Source: Tubulanus polymorphus (taxonomy: Eukaryota; Animalia; Nemertea). From it: 64,000 bases of DNA. The notes beneath the pieces are model-generated. The model did not search any database, was not told the DNA's origin, and worked only from the letters and a program-made list of their open reading frames with translations. The position numbers and the translations under genes were made by a program. The stretch's first letter is position 1. Every line of letters starts with the position of its first letter. Of this stretch, positions 1 through 12,838 are shown in pieces. The stretch is from assembly GCF_964204645.1 (NCBI RefSeq), contig NC_134033.1, forward strand, positions 8,998,655-9,062,654, given 5' to 3'.

Positions 1-466
1 TGACTTTCCATCATACATGGTACATACCTACATGTACATGTACACACATGGCTTGGGCTTTTTCAGTATGATTTCCTGATGTTTGCTTTCCGAGTGATGC
101 TAGTTCATAGCCTATTTGAGGCTCTTAGGTTCTTTGTCTTTTTTTCAAATAGATTAGATGGCCAACTTGCTCATAGATGAAAGGCAAAGGGTGTTTGATG
201 ACGTTGATGTAGTGCCTTGAGTAGTTGTACTCGTAGTGCATATACGATGCCTCATACGCCATCTATACATTAAAGGTCATATATTTAACTTATAGTTATA
301 ACTCGGATTTCACAGTAATAATCAACCTATAGTATAGGCTATGCATTATTGAGTGAGGACGTTTTGACTGACGAAAGTGAGGACGTTTTGATCCGACACC
401 GTAAAAACGCCTCAAGCCTATCGCCAAACCCCGGCCTGTGTGTGGTTTACAGCACCCAGACGGGTA

Positions 467-654
467 AAAGTGCAGATCCGCACCTCTCCGCGTAAACGGT
501 TCAATCAATTACGTTAAAATCATTGTTTGAGATTCAAAATGTCGTCAGCAATTCAGTACATTTCCATTGGTTAATTTTGTTCAGTAGAAAGATTTTAGCC
601 TGGATTCTGTCACTCTGCAGATTATCAATCACGAGAGGTGCGGATCTGCACTTT
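467..654. repeat. 22-bp perfect inverted repeat pair (MITE-like remnant)
   Basis: aaagtgcagatccgcacctctc (467-488) is the reverse complement of 633-654. Confidence 0.7.
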
Positions 655-843
655 CGCCCCCAGACGACCATCATTGCATGGCTTACCTTGCTAAAGTCCA
701 TTCTTTCATAAACCTCGCAGCAGCCTTTTTTTGGGCTGTCCATTCAATGGGTCTAATTTGAATTTTTGTAGCATGAAAATGAAGAGGACAGATACAGATA
801 TAGTAGGCTAGTACCTAGCCGTCGTTCTATCTACTAACAAACG

Positions 844-1980
844 GTTGTAGGGAACCGGTAACAACGACTGGTATTGAGACTACAGATATAGATTTTCCAG
901 ATCAATGGACTGACATGGACCGCCGTGTACGCGTGGTTTGGCGCCATGCATGTTGTTTACCAATGTTGCGTCAGTTTTCAATCCCTTACACTCATTTTCG
1001 ATTAACGTTCTTATTTATAGCCTTGTACCTTAACACTATGATTCCTAATTTATTTCTATACTTATAATGCTACCATTTCATAAGTAAAGATGTCTAAACT
1101 GGACATTTAGCGGCAGTGTGGAAGGCCCATTTCGATAGTACATATATTCGTTGCCAAGAAACAACATGGCGCCCGCGTCGCTAAATCAGTGAATATTCGA
1201 ATCGAAACATCAAAATAAAAGAAAATCTAAGGCCGAGATTTGAAATTGAAAATTCCTGAAGACTTGTAGAGAAATTGATGCAAAATCTCACCCATCATAC
1301 CGATTTAGATAGATAGGTCTAGAGAGATTCGTTCGTAACAATGAGTAGCAAATTGACCGTGAAACAGTCGAAAAAAGATCGACCAAAATCTTCAGGTAGG
1401 CCACGTACCCACAGCACACACGCACACAACATAGGGGCTTGTAAACTGGCTTGGATTTTATTTCCGTGTTGTTGATTATTTCGCAAGAATGCTGCTAAAT
1501 TTGAACTGCAAATGAATTCAAAATACCTTGGCGTTGACATTGTTTTTTAGGTCCTAACATCTACTAAAAATAAATAAAGTTCTGGTAAAAAATTGGACCT
1601 TAAACTTAAAGGTCTTCAGGCAGTCGCAACGCCTTACTATATGAAAATAGCAAGGTATGAAACAGCTTTGCTTTTGCCAATGACCGTATTGATGCAGTGA
1701 AACCGGTGTGCATGAGCAGCAATTTTCCGAGCCATGAGCTGTCAACCAAAGAACATAGGGGGCGGATCTAGAGAGTGAATTGGGTGGCTAACCACCCGTC
1801 TAGTCTGAATACCGGTTGTTGTTACCGGTTCCCTACAACGTCTGACGCTAAAGTATCATATAGAGGTTAACTCTATTCAGATGATTTTAAAGTTTTCCGC
1901 CCCGCTATTAGTCTGAATACCAGTCGTTGTTACGGTTCCGTACAACGTCTGACGCTAAAGTATCATATAGAGGTTAACTC
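844..1980. repeat. Three copies of a TAGTCT...-type transposon end (844-882 inverted; 1801-1873 and 1909-1980 direct)
   Basis: tagtctgaatacc(a/g)gt(c/t)gttgttaccggttccctacaac-like motif repeated; the ends face outward, so these are fragments. Confidence 0.65.
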
Positions 1981-2241
1981 CTGTTAATTGCAATGCAACA
2001 ACTGATTTTAGTGTCAAATCAAACCTTTGTACCTCCAACTTTAATCTCCAACTTTAATCCTGGATCGCGCGAGAACAAATATGTTCGTATAAGATCCGTA
2101 CTATGAACGTTTAACATGAGACTGCGCATATAGTAGAATTTAAAAAAAAACATATACAGGTTAATGAACACTCGCGATAATATAAAATGTTACAGTCCAT
2201 ACTGATCAGCACTATTTACACGCGTATCGGATATCGAAATC

Positions 2242-2490
2242 CTAGTTACCGTATGATGGCTCATATTTGAGGGGATGGTTTTCCCAGAGCCGGCTAAGTT
2301 CTCTTTTGAAACAGTTACTGTCGGATGAAAGTACAATACGTGCGGGCAGCCTGTTCCACTCGTCAATAGGCCTATATCTAATTGTGAACGAGTTAATCCT
2401 GATGTTAAGTCTATTGCAGCGAGGTTTAGTTAATTTGAGGGGATGTCCGCGGGTGTTATAGCGATTATTGTTGAGTTTGAATAACGGTTT
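2242..2490 (-). mobile_element. CR1-type LINE ORF2 3'-end relic (5'-truncated)
   Basis: TRGHPLKLTKPRC...R.NSFT.R..DEWNRLP..IV.S.....FKRELSRLW matches the CR1-clade C-terminal motif. Confidence 0.85.
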
Positions 2491-3035
2491 CTTAGTTCGA
2501 CTTTCACGAGCAAGCGTGTCTAAGTGCAAGATGAGAAATCTTTTCACATTGACTTTTGTAGCGTTTCTGATCGGCCTAACTCCTACTGTTTGTTAGATTA
2601 AGAAGATTAAATAAGATTGTTGCTTCGCTGTCATTCGGAATCAGTCCAGTAGCGCTGCGACTCTGTATTAGCTTATATGCCTATGACGCCGTATATACGT
2701 ATTTCCAGCCATTCCGCTTAGCCGTTTATGTCCGGTAAACAGTCGTTTTCTCGATCAAAATTAACTGAATCTGTGTCGACAAATTCCTAAAACCTGTAGG
2801 CCTACCATGACAAATTGTAAATTATGATGACAAATGTGTGAGAAATGACCTGCTCAGCTTCCCCAAGTCATTTCATTGAAATTATCAACACCTCATCCTG
2901 GCCGTTAGTCAGTAACCTGACTGGTTTAGTTTCACGATCGGATATTTTCACAAACCACATGGTATAAGCCCATCCGATTATAAAAAGCTTACCACCAACG
3001 ATTAGGTAACTAACTACCTGGCAGTGGCACTATGA

Positions 3036-3075
3036 CTGATGATGGCTAATGAAATAGTCTTTAGCCGAAACGTTC
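3036..3075 (+). ncRNA. Minimal hammerhead-ribozyme-like motif (Penelope type), probably degenerate
   Basis: CTGATGA-T-GGCTAA[11 nt]TTAGCC-GAAA-CGTT; stem II perfect, stem I not evident. Confidence 0.5.
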
Positions 3076-3552
3076 CGCGGAAATAATATCAACACAAGGT
3101 ATTTCTGTGACATTTTGAATTTTACTTGCAGTCAAATTTAGCGCCATAAATAATTTTGATCTTGTGTAATTTTAGTGCCATTCTCGCAAGATTATCAACA
3201 ACAAGGAAATAAAATCCAAGTTAGTTAACAAGCCTCTGTGGGTCTGCTTTTTCTAGGGCCTTGTTGGCTTGTCTTCGTTATTTTTAGCCTACCTGGGACT
3301 TTGGTCTCGGTGGCTTATTGTGTTCAATTTTTGTCCGTCCGTAGGTCGGAATCCAGTTATTTTGGGAAGTTTTGAAGACGCTCCAATGTAATGTCTTGAT
3401 ATTTGGTTCATGTATCGCTGGACACATCTACAGCCCAAACTGGCCCGGTCAGAATCAAGATGGCCGAGTGGTGGCCATAGTTCGTTTGTCGAAATCAGCA
3501 CTTTTTCTGGTCGGTTCATGTAGTGAACGACCACTTTGTTATCCTGTTCAAA

Positions 3553-3893
3553 TGACGTCACGAGTCTCCTAGGTCAGTCAAACTCGTACAGTTCAGTTTT
3601 CTCCATAACAACATAGCCTAATGTCTACACTTTTGGCAGTATACACCTTATTTGTACTATTGAATGATAGATCAAGTTTATTGCGCTGTCCAATACTTCC
3701 GTCATTTGATGTAAAAAATTGACAGAATTCCTTGAAAGATTATGGCTAGACTATGGCACATATATTGATGGCACGGCACTGCTATGTCGAGTGCGCTGAC
3801 GTGATTATGGAAAACCCACGCTCTGATTGGTGGTTTAGGGAATGCCCACGCTTTTGACGTAATTATGAGAAACCACGCTATGTTTGGTTGTTA
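3553..3893. promoter_or_regulatory. Candidate promoter: CRE, X-box-like site, duplicated TGACGT/CCACGCT/(a/t)TTGG module
   Basis: TGACGTCA 3553-3560; ttctccataacaac 3599-3612; about 38-bp module at 3797 and 3855. Confidence 0.3.
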
Positions 3894-4239
3894 CTAGTCA
3901 AAGTGCTGAAATGATCAGTTCGACAAGTGTAGTCGCTTATATTAGCTAATCGCTTTCAAGAAGGCAGTTTTTCTATCCTGACATGGATTTCATTAAACTT
4001 TGCCGATTAGTTTGTCTGATATGTAAGAGGCTAACATGCGCACCACCGATGTCATGAGGAAGCTGTTCTTACTATCATCACTGAATGCTGACTGCGTGCA
4101 TACAAACGGCGCACTGTACATAGTAGACACAAGGTGCTTGCGCTGATGTGCGCCACTACCTATACGAATGTATTATCTTGCTGCTGTGAGTTGATGAAAT
4201 AAACAAAATAATGTAAGAATATCATCGGGAAGTGATTTT

Positions 4240-4915
4240 GATTTTAGGCCATCCGTACACTGAGCCTATATATTACTATACAAATGGAGCGAATTTAATT
4301 TACCATGGTTTCCAGATAAAAGGTTTTTTCACTGTGTAACCTGGGCATATATATTCATGATACAAATTGTGCATTCAAGCGTGCTGAATTTTGAGAAAGG
4401 GTTTCGTTAAAATTTACATCAGGTTTTTCTCGCAAAATCTGAAAAGTGGTCAGGTTTTAAAATTCAATCAGAAAGCATTGTCTCCTCTATGATTGGCTTA
4501 GCCGCAGAAGTCATCAGGTGTTAACGTGATTCCGTGGCATCGACAACTGTTTTATTTGCGAGTTTAATTTTAAGATTCAAAATTGTATTTCACGATCGAT
4601 TCCTGTGATACACCATTAGTCAATTTGGTTTTTGAGAGGAAGTTTAATTTGAACGGCTGAATCCTTGACAATTGTTCGGGAAAAATAGCTTTTTCTCAAA
4701 TCGGATATATGACCTTGATATGCAAATTAGCCATGTGCACGAATTGCAAATTCAATAAAATTTTATTCTGCAAAAAAATGCTAAATCCAAATCAATTTTG
4801 CTTTATTGAGCAAAAAATTCAAATTCTTCGAATTCCATTTTATTTTATTCTACATTCAAATGTATTCACTAGACAATTGGTTAAGATTGATCTGAGGTAT
4901 TCGTTCGTGCCAGCC
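4240..4915 (+). mobile_element. Partial copy of HINE/Helentron-like family B
   Basis: Starts ttttaggccatccgtacactgagccta...tacaaatggagcgaattt and is collinear with 35260-36580. Confidence 0.75.
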
Positions 4916-7900
4916 CCAGTGTCTCTGTTAGTACTGTTATACTTGTTAGGCTAAAACACAGCCAGTCTAATGAAAACTTTGTCATTCAAACCTACCAGGG
5001 CAGGAGAACCGACCACATGTTTGAAGTTTTCTAGTAACACATTTTTGAAGTTTTCGAAGAAAATTTTGAAGATGCTTTAATCAATTATCTTGATCTTTCT
5101 GTATAACCCAAGGGCCCATCAGCAAAAGAAAGATTTGCCTAGGACAACAAATTAAACTTACATATTGCTTTTACGAATTAAAGGACTATGTTTACCACGC
5201 ACGCAACTTCCATAATCTTCAAAGCGATGAAGGCAGTCAGTAGGCCTATAGAGAGAAGAAGCGTGGCAGCCAGAGTGCCTCATTCTTGAATTGTTGGGCC
5301 TGCTTAGAGGTCGGGCACAACCCAGTTCATGTTTGAAAAACCATAGGTCTAAACATGGAAACCCGATTTCGGGTAGGCCTCACGTATGCAGTGATGTTGC
5401 ACGCTTTTCAAGACCACATTAACACATTTTGTATACTGTTTTTAAGTCTATTTTTAAGACTTAATTAAAATTGGTTCAAAATTTAAGAGTAACGTTTGAA
5501 CATCTCTGCGATAAGTGTTGCAAATCGAAAGCACGAAAATCAGCGGTTGGGCGAGCAGAGAGTTATCATGGCAGATTTTTGATGAATGCCCTCATTTTTG
5601 TGGGCTGGGGCGTGAGAAAATTTGTTTAGTATTGCTGGGCTCAATGAATGAGCTACTAGCACGTGCCCATTTATTGTACTATACGTGTTGTCTTAAACTA
5701 AAGAGGAAATTATATTTGTCTCAATTTTACGGGCAAATCTGTTGAAGTAGGCCTATAGATTTATTTCAATATAATAGCCCTCTAGACAAATAGGCTATAG
5801 GTGTGGGTGGATCATGTTTCATTTGCTGAATAGAGAAATGTGAGTTTTGGGCTTTGATCTCATTAATTAGACAGGCTTGTTGGAAGCAATTTTTGATTGC
5901 CGCCAATTGCTAATTTTTTAGATATTCTAATATATTGCTGCTGTGAATTTACTTCAATTTCTTCAAAAACTTGGTATTATACTGCTAGATGTAATGATAT
6001 TGCCATAGGCCTATCAATCGCAATTCTTCTGAAAAAAGTATTGCGCAATAATTTCTGCTGCCCTTGTGTTCAGAAACTGTAAATAACTGAGAAAATGTTC
6101 ATTTCAGCAGGTCGCAGAGAATCACGGGAAATTTCTCAAATATTCGGTAGTGCAATGCAAAGCATTCATTTATTTCTTTTGTTTAAATGAATTTATGCTC
6201 TAATCCTTTATTAGAGGCACATTTGTGGAGAACTAACTGACTAACTGATTAAACTGATTGCATTGTTTAGACTGATTTTTAAACAAGTTGCTCAATCCCA
6301 AATGTTTTTGTCAAATCTAAGCAGCTACTATAAATGTAATTAGATGTCACAGAGCTGCTGTCATCTTCAATCTTACTGCATCAATTTTTTGGGGATATTT
6401 CTCTTAAACTTTTGAGCATACAGTGGTCATACCTCAACTTGGTCCTCAATGATGATCAGTAAAACTGTGCAGTAGTCCTATGAATAACCATCGCTATTTT
6501 AAAATGTATTGAAGGATTACCAATAAATCTTCTATAACTCATTTGAATCAGAGAAGAGTTCATTTTATAAACTAAATCAATTTTAAAAATATGTTTCCAT
6601 GCCTACCATTAAGAATTACGGTCATCCCTCGATTTAGCTGCCAACCTTCCCGATTTTGGCGGTAAATCTGGGTTTAGGTCAAGTCAATCAAATACCGACT
6701 ATATCTGCTTAGGAAGATGTATCTGTTGTGATGATTTATGGCTGAGTAATTATTATTTAATTAAATGAAATCTATATTAAAAACAACCTTTCAAAAACCT
6801 TTTACTCAACAAATATTTGGGCACATCACGAAAACAGGGCTAGATGTAGGAATCGTGTCACATGCAACATTTATGGTACATACTGCGATTTTAATCACAA
6901 ATCGATTTGTAAATACATATTGCTATTGCACGCTTGCTCCTTGATATATCGCCAGAAATCATCGTCTTATTCCATCACACGAAAAAAAAATGGTCAGCTG
7001 CGTTAATCCTTAGGCCTAAAGAATGGTTCTGAAAAAGAATTTGTAAATTTGCTCTTGTTTTGCACAAATTGTAACCACTGGATATACAGAGCTGATGATT
7101 TGTCATTAGGAGGGAGATAGATGTTGGAATTGATATGGAAAGTTCCGTCCATCAGTCTTAGCCGTTTAAAAGTACTGGGAGAAAATGAGCAAAATTTCAA
7201 TGAATTTTTCCCCATTCTATTAATTGGTGCTTGACCTTGTTTCTCAATGATGACATCCTAGTGACAACTCTTCAGGAGGGCATCACCAGTGTCATCCTTA
7301 TCAAGAATTGTTCTGCTATGTGCTAGTGAGTCATAGGGAAAACCCATGTATATCATCAAATAAAGATGCTTACTACACACACAGTGCACCATGATTTCAT
7401 TGTTATCAGCTGTTAACACGTTATTTCAAATCCTAGAACAAATCGATTTTTGTGCTCAAAAGTAAAATGTACTCAATTGATCCTACTGGACCCATGGTCC
7501 TTTATTTCTTTTGCGATAGATCATCATTTTTCCTAGAATGGTCACATGCCTCCTATTTGTCTTTCCTTTCAGAGCTATCGGTGCCATTTAAAAAAATATG
7601 TTTAATTACCTTACTGGAGGACCATTTGTATAGGATTGTACTAGGAGATAATGTTGGCCGTGGCGGTACGCTTGGGGCGGTTAATCAGGGTTTTTCCTGT
7701 ACATTTGGATATGAATGTTCTGTTTTTCATGGAATCCTTGCAGTAGGTGAGGTTGGTGGTGAATCAGGGGCATAAAATCGAGATATGGCTGTTTTTTCAA
7801 ATCATCAAAATCATGGTTCGTCGGCATGGAAACACAATTGTTAGAATTTCAAAAATGGCTGATCGATCTTTTCTGCATGAGAAAATGAAGACTTTTAGGC

Positions 7901-9049
7901 AATGCTTCAATACAGTGTAAAATGGAGAAAAAAAAGTTAGTTTATTCAGACTGTACAGTTTCGCTGGTCGTATTAATACCAATTTAGGTAGGCCTATATG
8001 TGAAAAGAAAAAAATCGATATCACACGAACATACCGGGTAGATAGACATTAACCTTGAAGTGGTAATCAAAATCTTGCATTAAACTTCATTTAATAAAGC
8101 AGTTTCACCTTATTGTCTAAACAAAATGTGCCTCAAGTAAAGTTCTGAATGGTTCTTTTATATATTAACACTGGGTTGCCCAATATCTACGGAGCATAGA
8201 TCTATGGTTGCGTGCATTTGAATTATCAACCATTAGTAGTATAAGCTTGAGCCATGGATTTGGGGAGCTCCATGGGTTTTGGGTGCCCTAGATTTTGACG
8301 TTACCGCATATTCAAATCTATTCTCTTTTTTATCGTATTGTTGGTTAAAACTTGACTATGGAGTTACAATATCTTGTAGGCTTGCGTTTCAGGAAATTGA
8401 CTAATGTCAGGTCGTATTTGACACAAGCTTTCTTGTCTGTTTATGACCATATCATCAGAGAGTCGAGTCTCAATCAAGTGATCGACTGTGATGATTTTTT
8501 GATAAGGAAACTGATATCGGTGGCCATTGATGGGGTGACATTAATTTTAGCCCCAAAAAGGCTAATGCGTTCACTTTTTGAAAAGTTTTGGAAATGCCTT
8601 TGATTTGTATATTTTATGAATGTATCATACCATGCATCTGGAGCCCAAAGATTGGCCCGATCAGAATCAAGATGACTGACAGGTAGCCATAATTTTCAGC
8701 CAAATCAGGACTTAAAGCTCATTTTTAACCCACTCAGGTGCAAATACCTAGTGCAATTTGGTAAACTGTTTATCTACTGTATATAGATCTATGGGATCTA
8801 GTTTCATTGGGAAGTTTGAGAAAAATGCATGGCCAAAATTTCCCTTAATAAGATCGTTCATTGGAAATGTGCGGTCCCCAAAATAAGAAAAATGATTTTG
8901 ATAATTTATTTTCTTTTATAGCGCAGTACTATAGAATAATTACTTCAGGTTTACAATGTTAACACAATATTATCAAGTCAATGAATGACACAGAAATATT
9001 GGAATAGTTAAAAAAGCACAATGATAATAAGGAAATGGGAAAAAGTTTA

Positions 9050-9200
9050 TATCAATAACAAGATTTGTTTTAAGATTTGATCCGTGTAAGATTAGATTTA
9101 ATCTTATCTGGAATTGCATTCCAAAGACTTGGACCAGCAATCTTAATACCTTTCACCAAAATTGCGGTTTGATGTTGGCTTTACTAGAGGTAAGACATTA
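9050..9200 (-). mobile_element. L2/Crack/Daphne-type LINE 3'-end relic
   Basis: Minus frame reads KGIKIAGPSLWNAIPDKIKS, the typical GPxLWNxxP C-terminal motif. Confidence 0.65.
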
Positions 9201-9888
9201 TCCCATTCGCTGCGCATAACGTTTATCAGTGACACCTGTTTGTGAGACCTCATTCACCTATCAACTATTAGCAGTGAATACATGCATGTAAGACTATCTA
9301 GAGCTATTTTATTTCACTTATTAACTACAGATGGCGCCTGTGGCTGGTAACTGGCGCTGTTAGCCGGCTAGGCACATTGTCAGACAAAGACAAAATTTGA
9401 TGAAATTGCTTCTGGAAAGCATGTGATTATTGCAAAAACTATCTTCTTATATAATAATACCGAATTGTCGTACTGACTGCTCCGTCATTACTGGACGTAT
9501 CGCCTTTTCCTGGTGGTAGATCTCAACATGTTTTATCGCTTGGGCGTGGTTTCTGATGGAAATGTAGTCTGGAATTTATGTTGTGGGCCATTTACCAAAT
9601 TTTTCGTAGTCTCTCCTACTGTTCACAGAGGGCGTATGGGTCTGCTGGCATACCCACTGACCTGAGTTGTCAGTTGATACAATACGAGTTACTGTTGCCT
9701 TTATGTACGGGCTGCCGGGTCACTAAGCAGTTTTTCAAATGTAACGGATGATAGTAAATAAAAAAGCAATTAACCCACTTACTTTAACCTATGAGGCACT
9801 GCTGCCGGTTCAAAGCAACAAACTCAACAACCACAGATCTTACACAGAGTGATTGTATTAGGCTGAGGCGTTAGCGTGTGTGACTAGC

Positions 9889-10215
9889 CAGGGTTCCTAC
9901 AAATCAGTCATTCCAGAATTCAAGGACTTTTCAAGGAGAAAATTTCAAATTTTACGGAGTGTTTGCATCACTTTCATATATCAATTACTGTCAACTACTA
10001 AAATCAGGACTGTTTTTCTCAGTAAACCATTTAATTCGGTGGAATCTGTGTAAATACTCGGCCTAGAGCCAAAAAAATTGCCAATTTCTCAAAATTCAAG
10101 GAGTTTTCAAGGACTTTTGGGCGCTTTGCTCAAATTCAAGGATATTCAAGGACCTTGAAAAATATTGTTCCTTTAGAAGGAGTTTTCAAGGAATCAAGGA
10201 GTTGTAGGACCCCAG
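9889..10215. mobile_element. hAT-like MITE with TTCAAGGA subterminal repeats
   Basis: TIR cagggttcctacaa ... ttgtaggaccccag; many ttcaagga motifs; no clear TSD. Confidence 0.65.
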
Positions 10216-10254
10216 TAAACGTTTTTGTGGTTTATCTGGTACCAGCTGTACCCA

Positions 10255-11230
10255 CAGGTTGAGATCTTCAGTACCGTGTATAATTCATACATTATGAAAT
10301 GATCATATCGGTACTTTACATATTTCTTTGCTATCTATAGTTCTGTTATAACAGGCTTCCATGGGAAGATGAAATTTTCAGTAAGTGATTAAGGGACCGA
10401 GTACTCGGCTACAGGTCAAGTCGGTCCGAGATCCCATTGTCTCAACGAGCATGGGTGATTACAAAATACTCCTACTCAATTCACAAAAAAGTTGAAAGTG
10501 GTATGTTTAAAAATCACCCGTGGTTTCCACGGGCTATTCATACATCATGAAATGATCATACCAGTACTTAACATGTTTGTTTGGTATCTTTAGTTCTGTT
10601 TCGAGTGGGTTCAAATCTTCAGTACTGCGTACAATTCATACATTATGAAATGATCATATGGGTACTTTACATAGGCCTATTTGTTTCTATCTATAGTTCT
10701 ATTACCTTGGGCCTCCATGGTACAAGAAATTTTCAGTATGTGATTAGGGGCCCCAGTATCCTAGGGCACAGGTCAAGTCGGTCCCGAGATCCCATATGGT
10801 CTCTATAGCCTCAGACACACTGGGCGATTTCTTCGGCCGACGAATTCAGTGGAGGTCGCCATTTTGCTATCACGTGAACCGTCGAAGAGCCGTGATTGGC
10901 TGGTTAATACTCTCGAGGTGACTGAGGTGACTGATCGGCGTACCCGGACACACTGGGTGATTCTCTCAGAATACAACACGTTGGATTCGGGCGATTTTGT
11001 CGGCCGGCTAAATCGTCGAAGGCGATTGCCCGGACACACTGGGCGATTTTAATGGCGATTTCATCGGGCGACGAGATCAGCCGACGAAATCGCCCAGTGT
11101 CGCCCGCTTATGGGCACGGGTGATCACACCACATAATAGGCCACTTTAAAATGCTCCTACTCAATTCGTATGCAATGAACTAGTAAGAAGTTCTGTATGT
11201 TTAAAAATCACCCGTGGTTTCCACAGGCTT
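10255..11230. repeat. Degenerate tandem duplication (units near 10255 and 10606, partial unit near 10536)
   Basis: Shared atcttcagtac...attcatacattatgaaatgatcata...caggtcaagtcggtcc...ttaaaaatcacccgtggtttccac. Confidence 0.85.
10807..11108. mobile_element. Harbinger/PIF-like MITE, 3-bp TSD (TAT)
   Basis: TIR core acactgggcgatttc / gaaatcgcccagtgt; TAT at 10804-10806 and 11109-11111; absent from the paralogous unit near 10444. Confidence 0.8.
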
Positions 11231-12838
11231 TCCACTAGTTATAATGAATAGTTCTTTGTGGTCTTAGTTATGACATTATTGTGATAATCATGTTATGAAG
11301 AAACTCATTCATCCAAACTGAAATTTATTGTAAATGAATTGAATAAGCATTTCAACTAAAGAAGAGAAAATTGAATTAACTGAAGACACTTTTCGAGATG
11401 ACGAGTACTGTAAGAGCCAACAAGTAAGGAGTTTGCGTAATCCAGACCAGAACTGACTGAAGAGTAACTGTTTTATAGTGTGAATACGGTAATTTGTGAG
11501 TGTATGTAATAATCCACCTGGTAGGGTCTTAGCTAGGAATAAATTTAGCTTGTCAAAAAATTATAGGCCTATCACCTTAGAATTGCTGGTCGTGGGACAT
11601 AAATGTGCTGGAGCGGGGAAATTTGCTTTTTTAGCCATTTACATGCATTCTTAACAATTTTGGCTATGATTTTTTCATTGATTTCCAGTACAATATTATC
11701 AATAGATTGTATCCAACAATTTACTAATGATTCCACTCAAACAATATTGGGAGGGGCCGAGAGTATTGATGTAGACATCCAGTTGTAAATATTTTGGCTG
11801 GCGATTTATCATTTGGCAGGTGACGACGATTGTGCCTGCTATTGATCAAAATACCAAAAGGCTGTAAGGAAATAAATTATTTCCAGTTATTTTCAGCACA
11901 TATAACATCCCTCTAGGGTTTATCACCTCAAGGAAAATTTGGTTGATCAGAAACAAGATCTGAGTTCTTAGGCCTCTAGCTTGAGACACTGGAAGATGAG
12001 TTTAATCACTATCCGGTGCGACATTACTTAACACCAGTGAAATGCCACGGATTAATGGTGATGATGGTAAAAAGAATGTTAGCTATATGTTCATGAGATC
12101 TCAAAATTTCACTGAGAAGAAGTAACTCAGAGCTGCCAACGCATTTTTTATTGTTCTATAATTTCTATAGTTTTCCCGTTATCCCAGGAAACATTATCAC
12201 TGGTTTTTAAACTATTGGCTTAAAACAGTCGGCAATTTTTTGGTAGCGTTAAGGAATAAGTAATCGATATATATTTTGCATGAACGATATAATAAGGCAA
12301 GTGAACATTGTGGCGCTAGCAGTCAGTACTTAATTTTCCCACACATTAAGTAAGTTAGATTTCCTGAATATTTTCTGTGAATTTAACGAAACTTTCATTC
12401 AAGATGCATCTCTCTCCTCCTCGGCGCAAGATAAGTGCTTGATTTGATTAAGGTTAAAAATCTTAGATCTTTGCCTAGCCTGGAAAATGGGAACCTCTGT
12501 CCCTAGAAATTAATACTTGATATTTTAGGTCTTGGCAGCTCTGCAAACTCATCATCGAAATATATTGGTACTTTCAGCCACTTCAAACCATTCCAAAGCA
12601 CTCTTTGTTTTCTAGGCCCCCTACATGTTCTTCAAATTATAATATCAGCTTCATGGCACATGGGCCTCTTGTATTTATTTGACATTAAATACACATGTAT
12701 CATAGAAATCAGATGCTACTTTGCATGGCAAAACTCTTATTTCTGATTATGAAGCATTTATCTTTGTCCTTTGGACCTGTGCCTACATATATTCACAATC
12801 AAACGTCAGTGATTTAGGATTTTTGTTGCATGCCGTAG

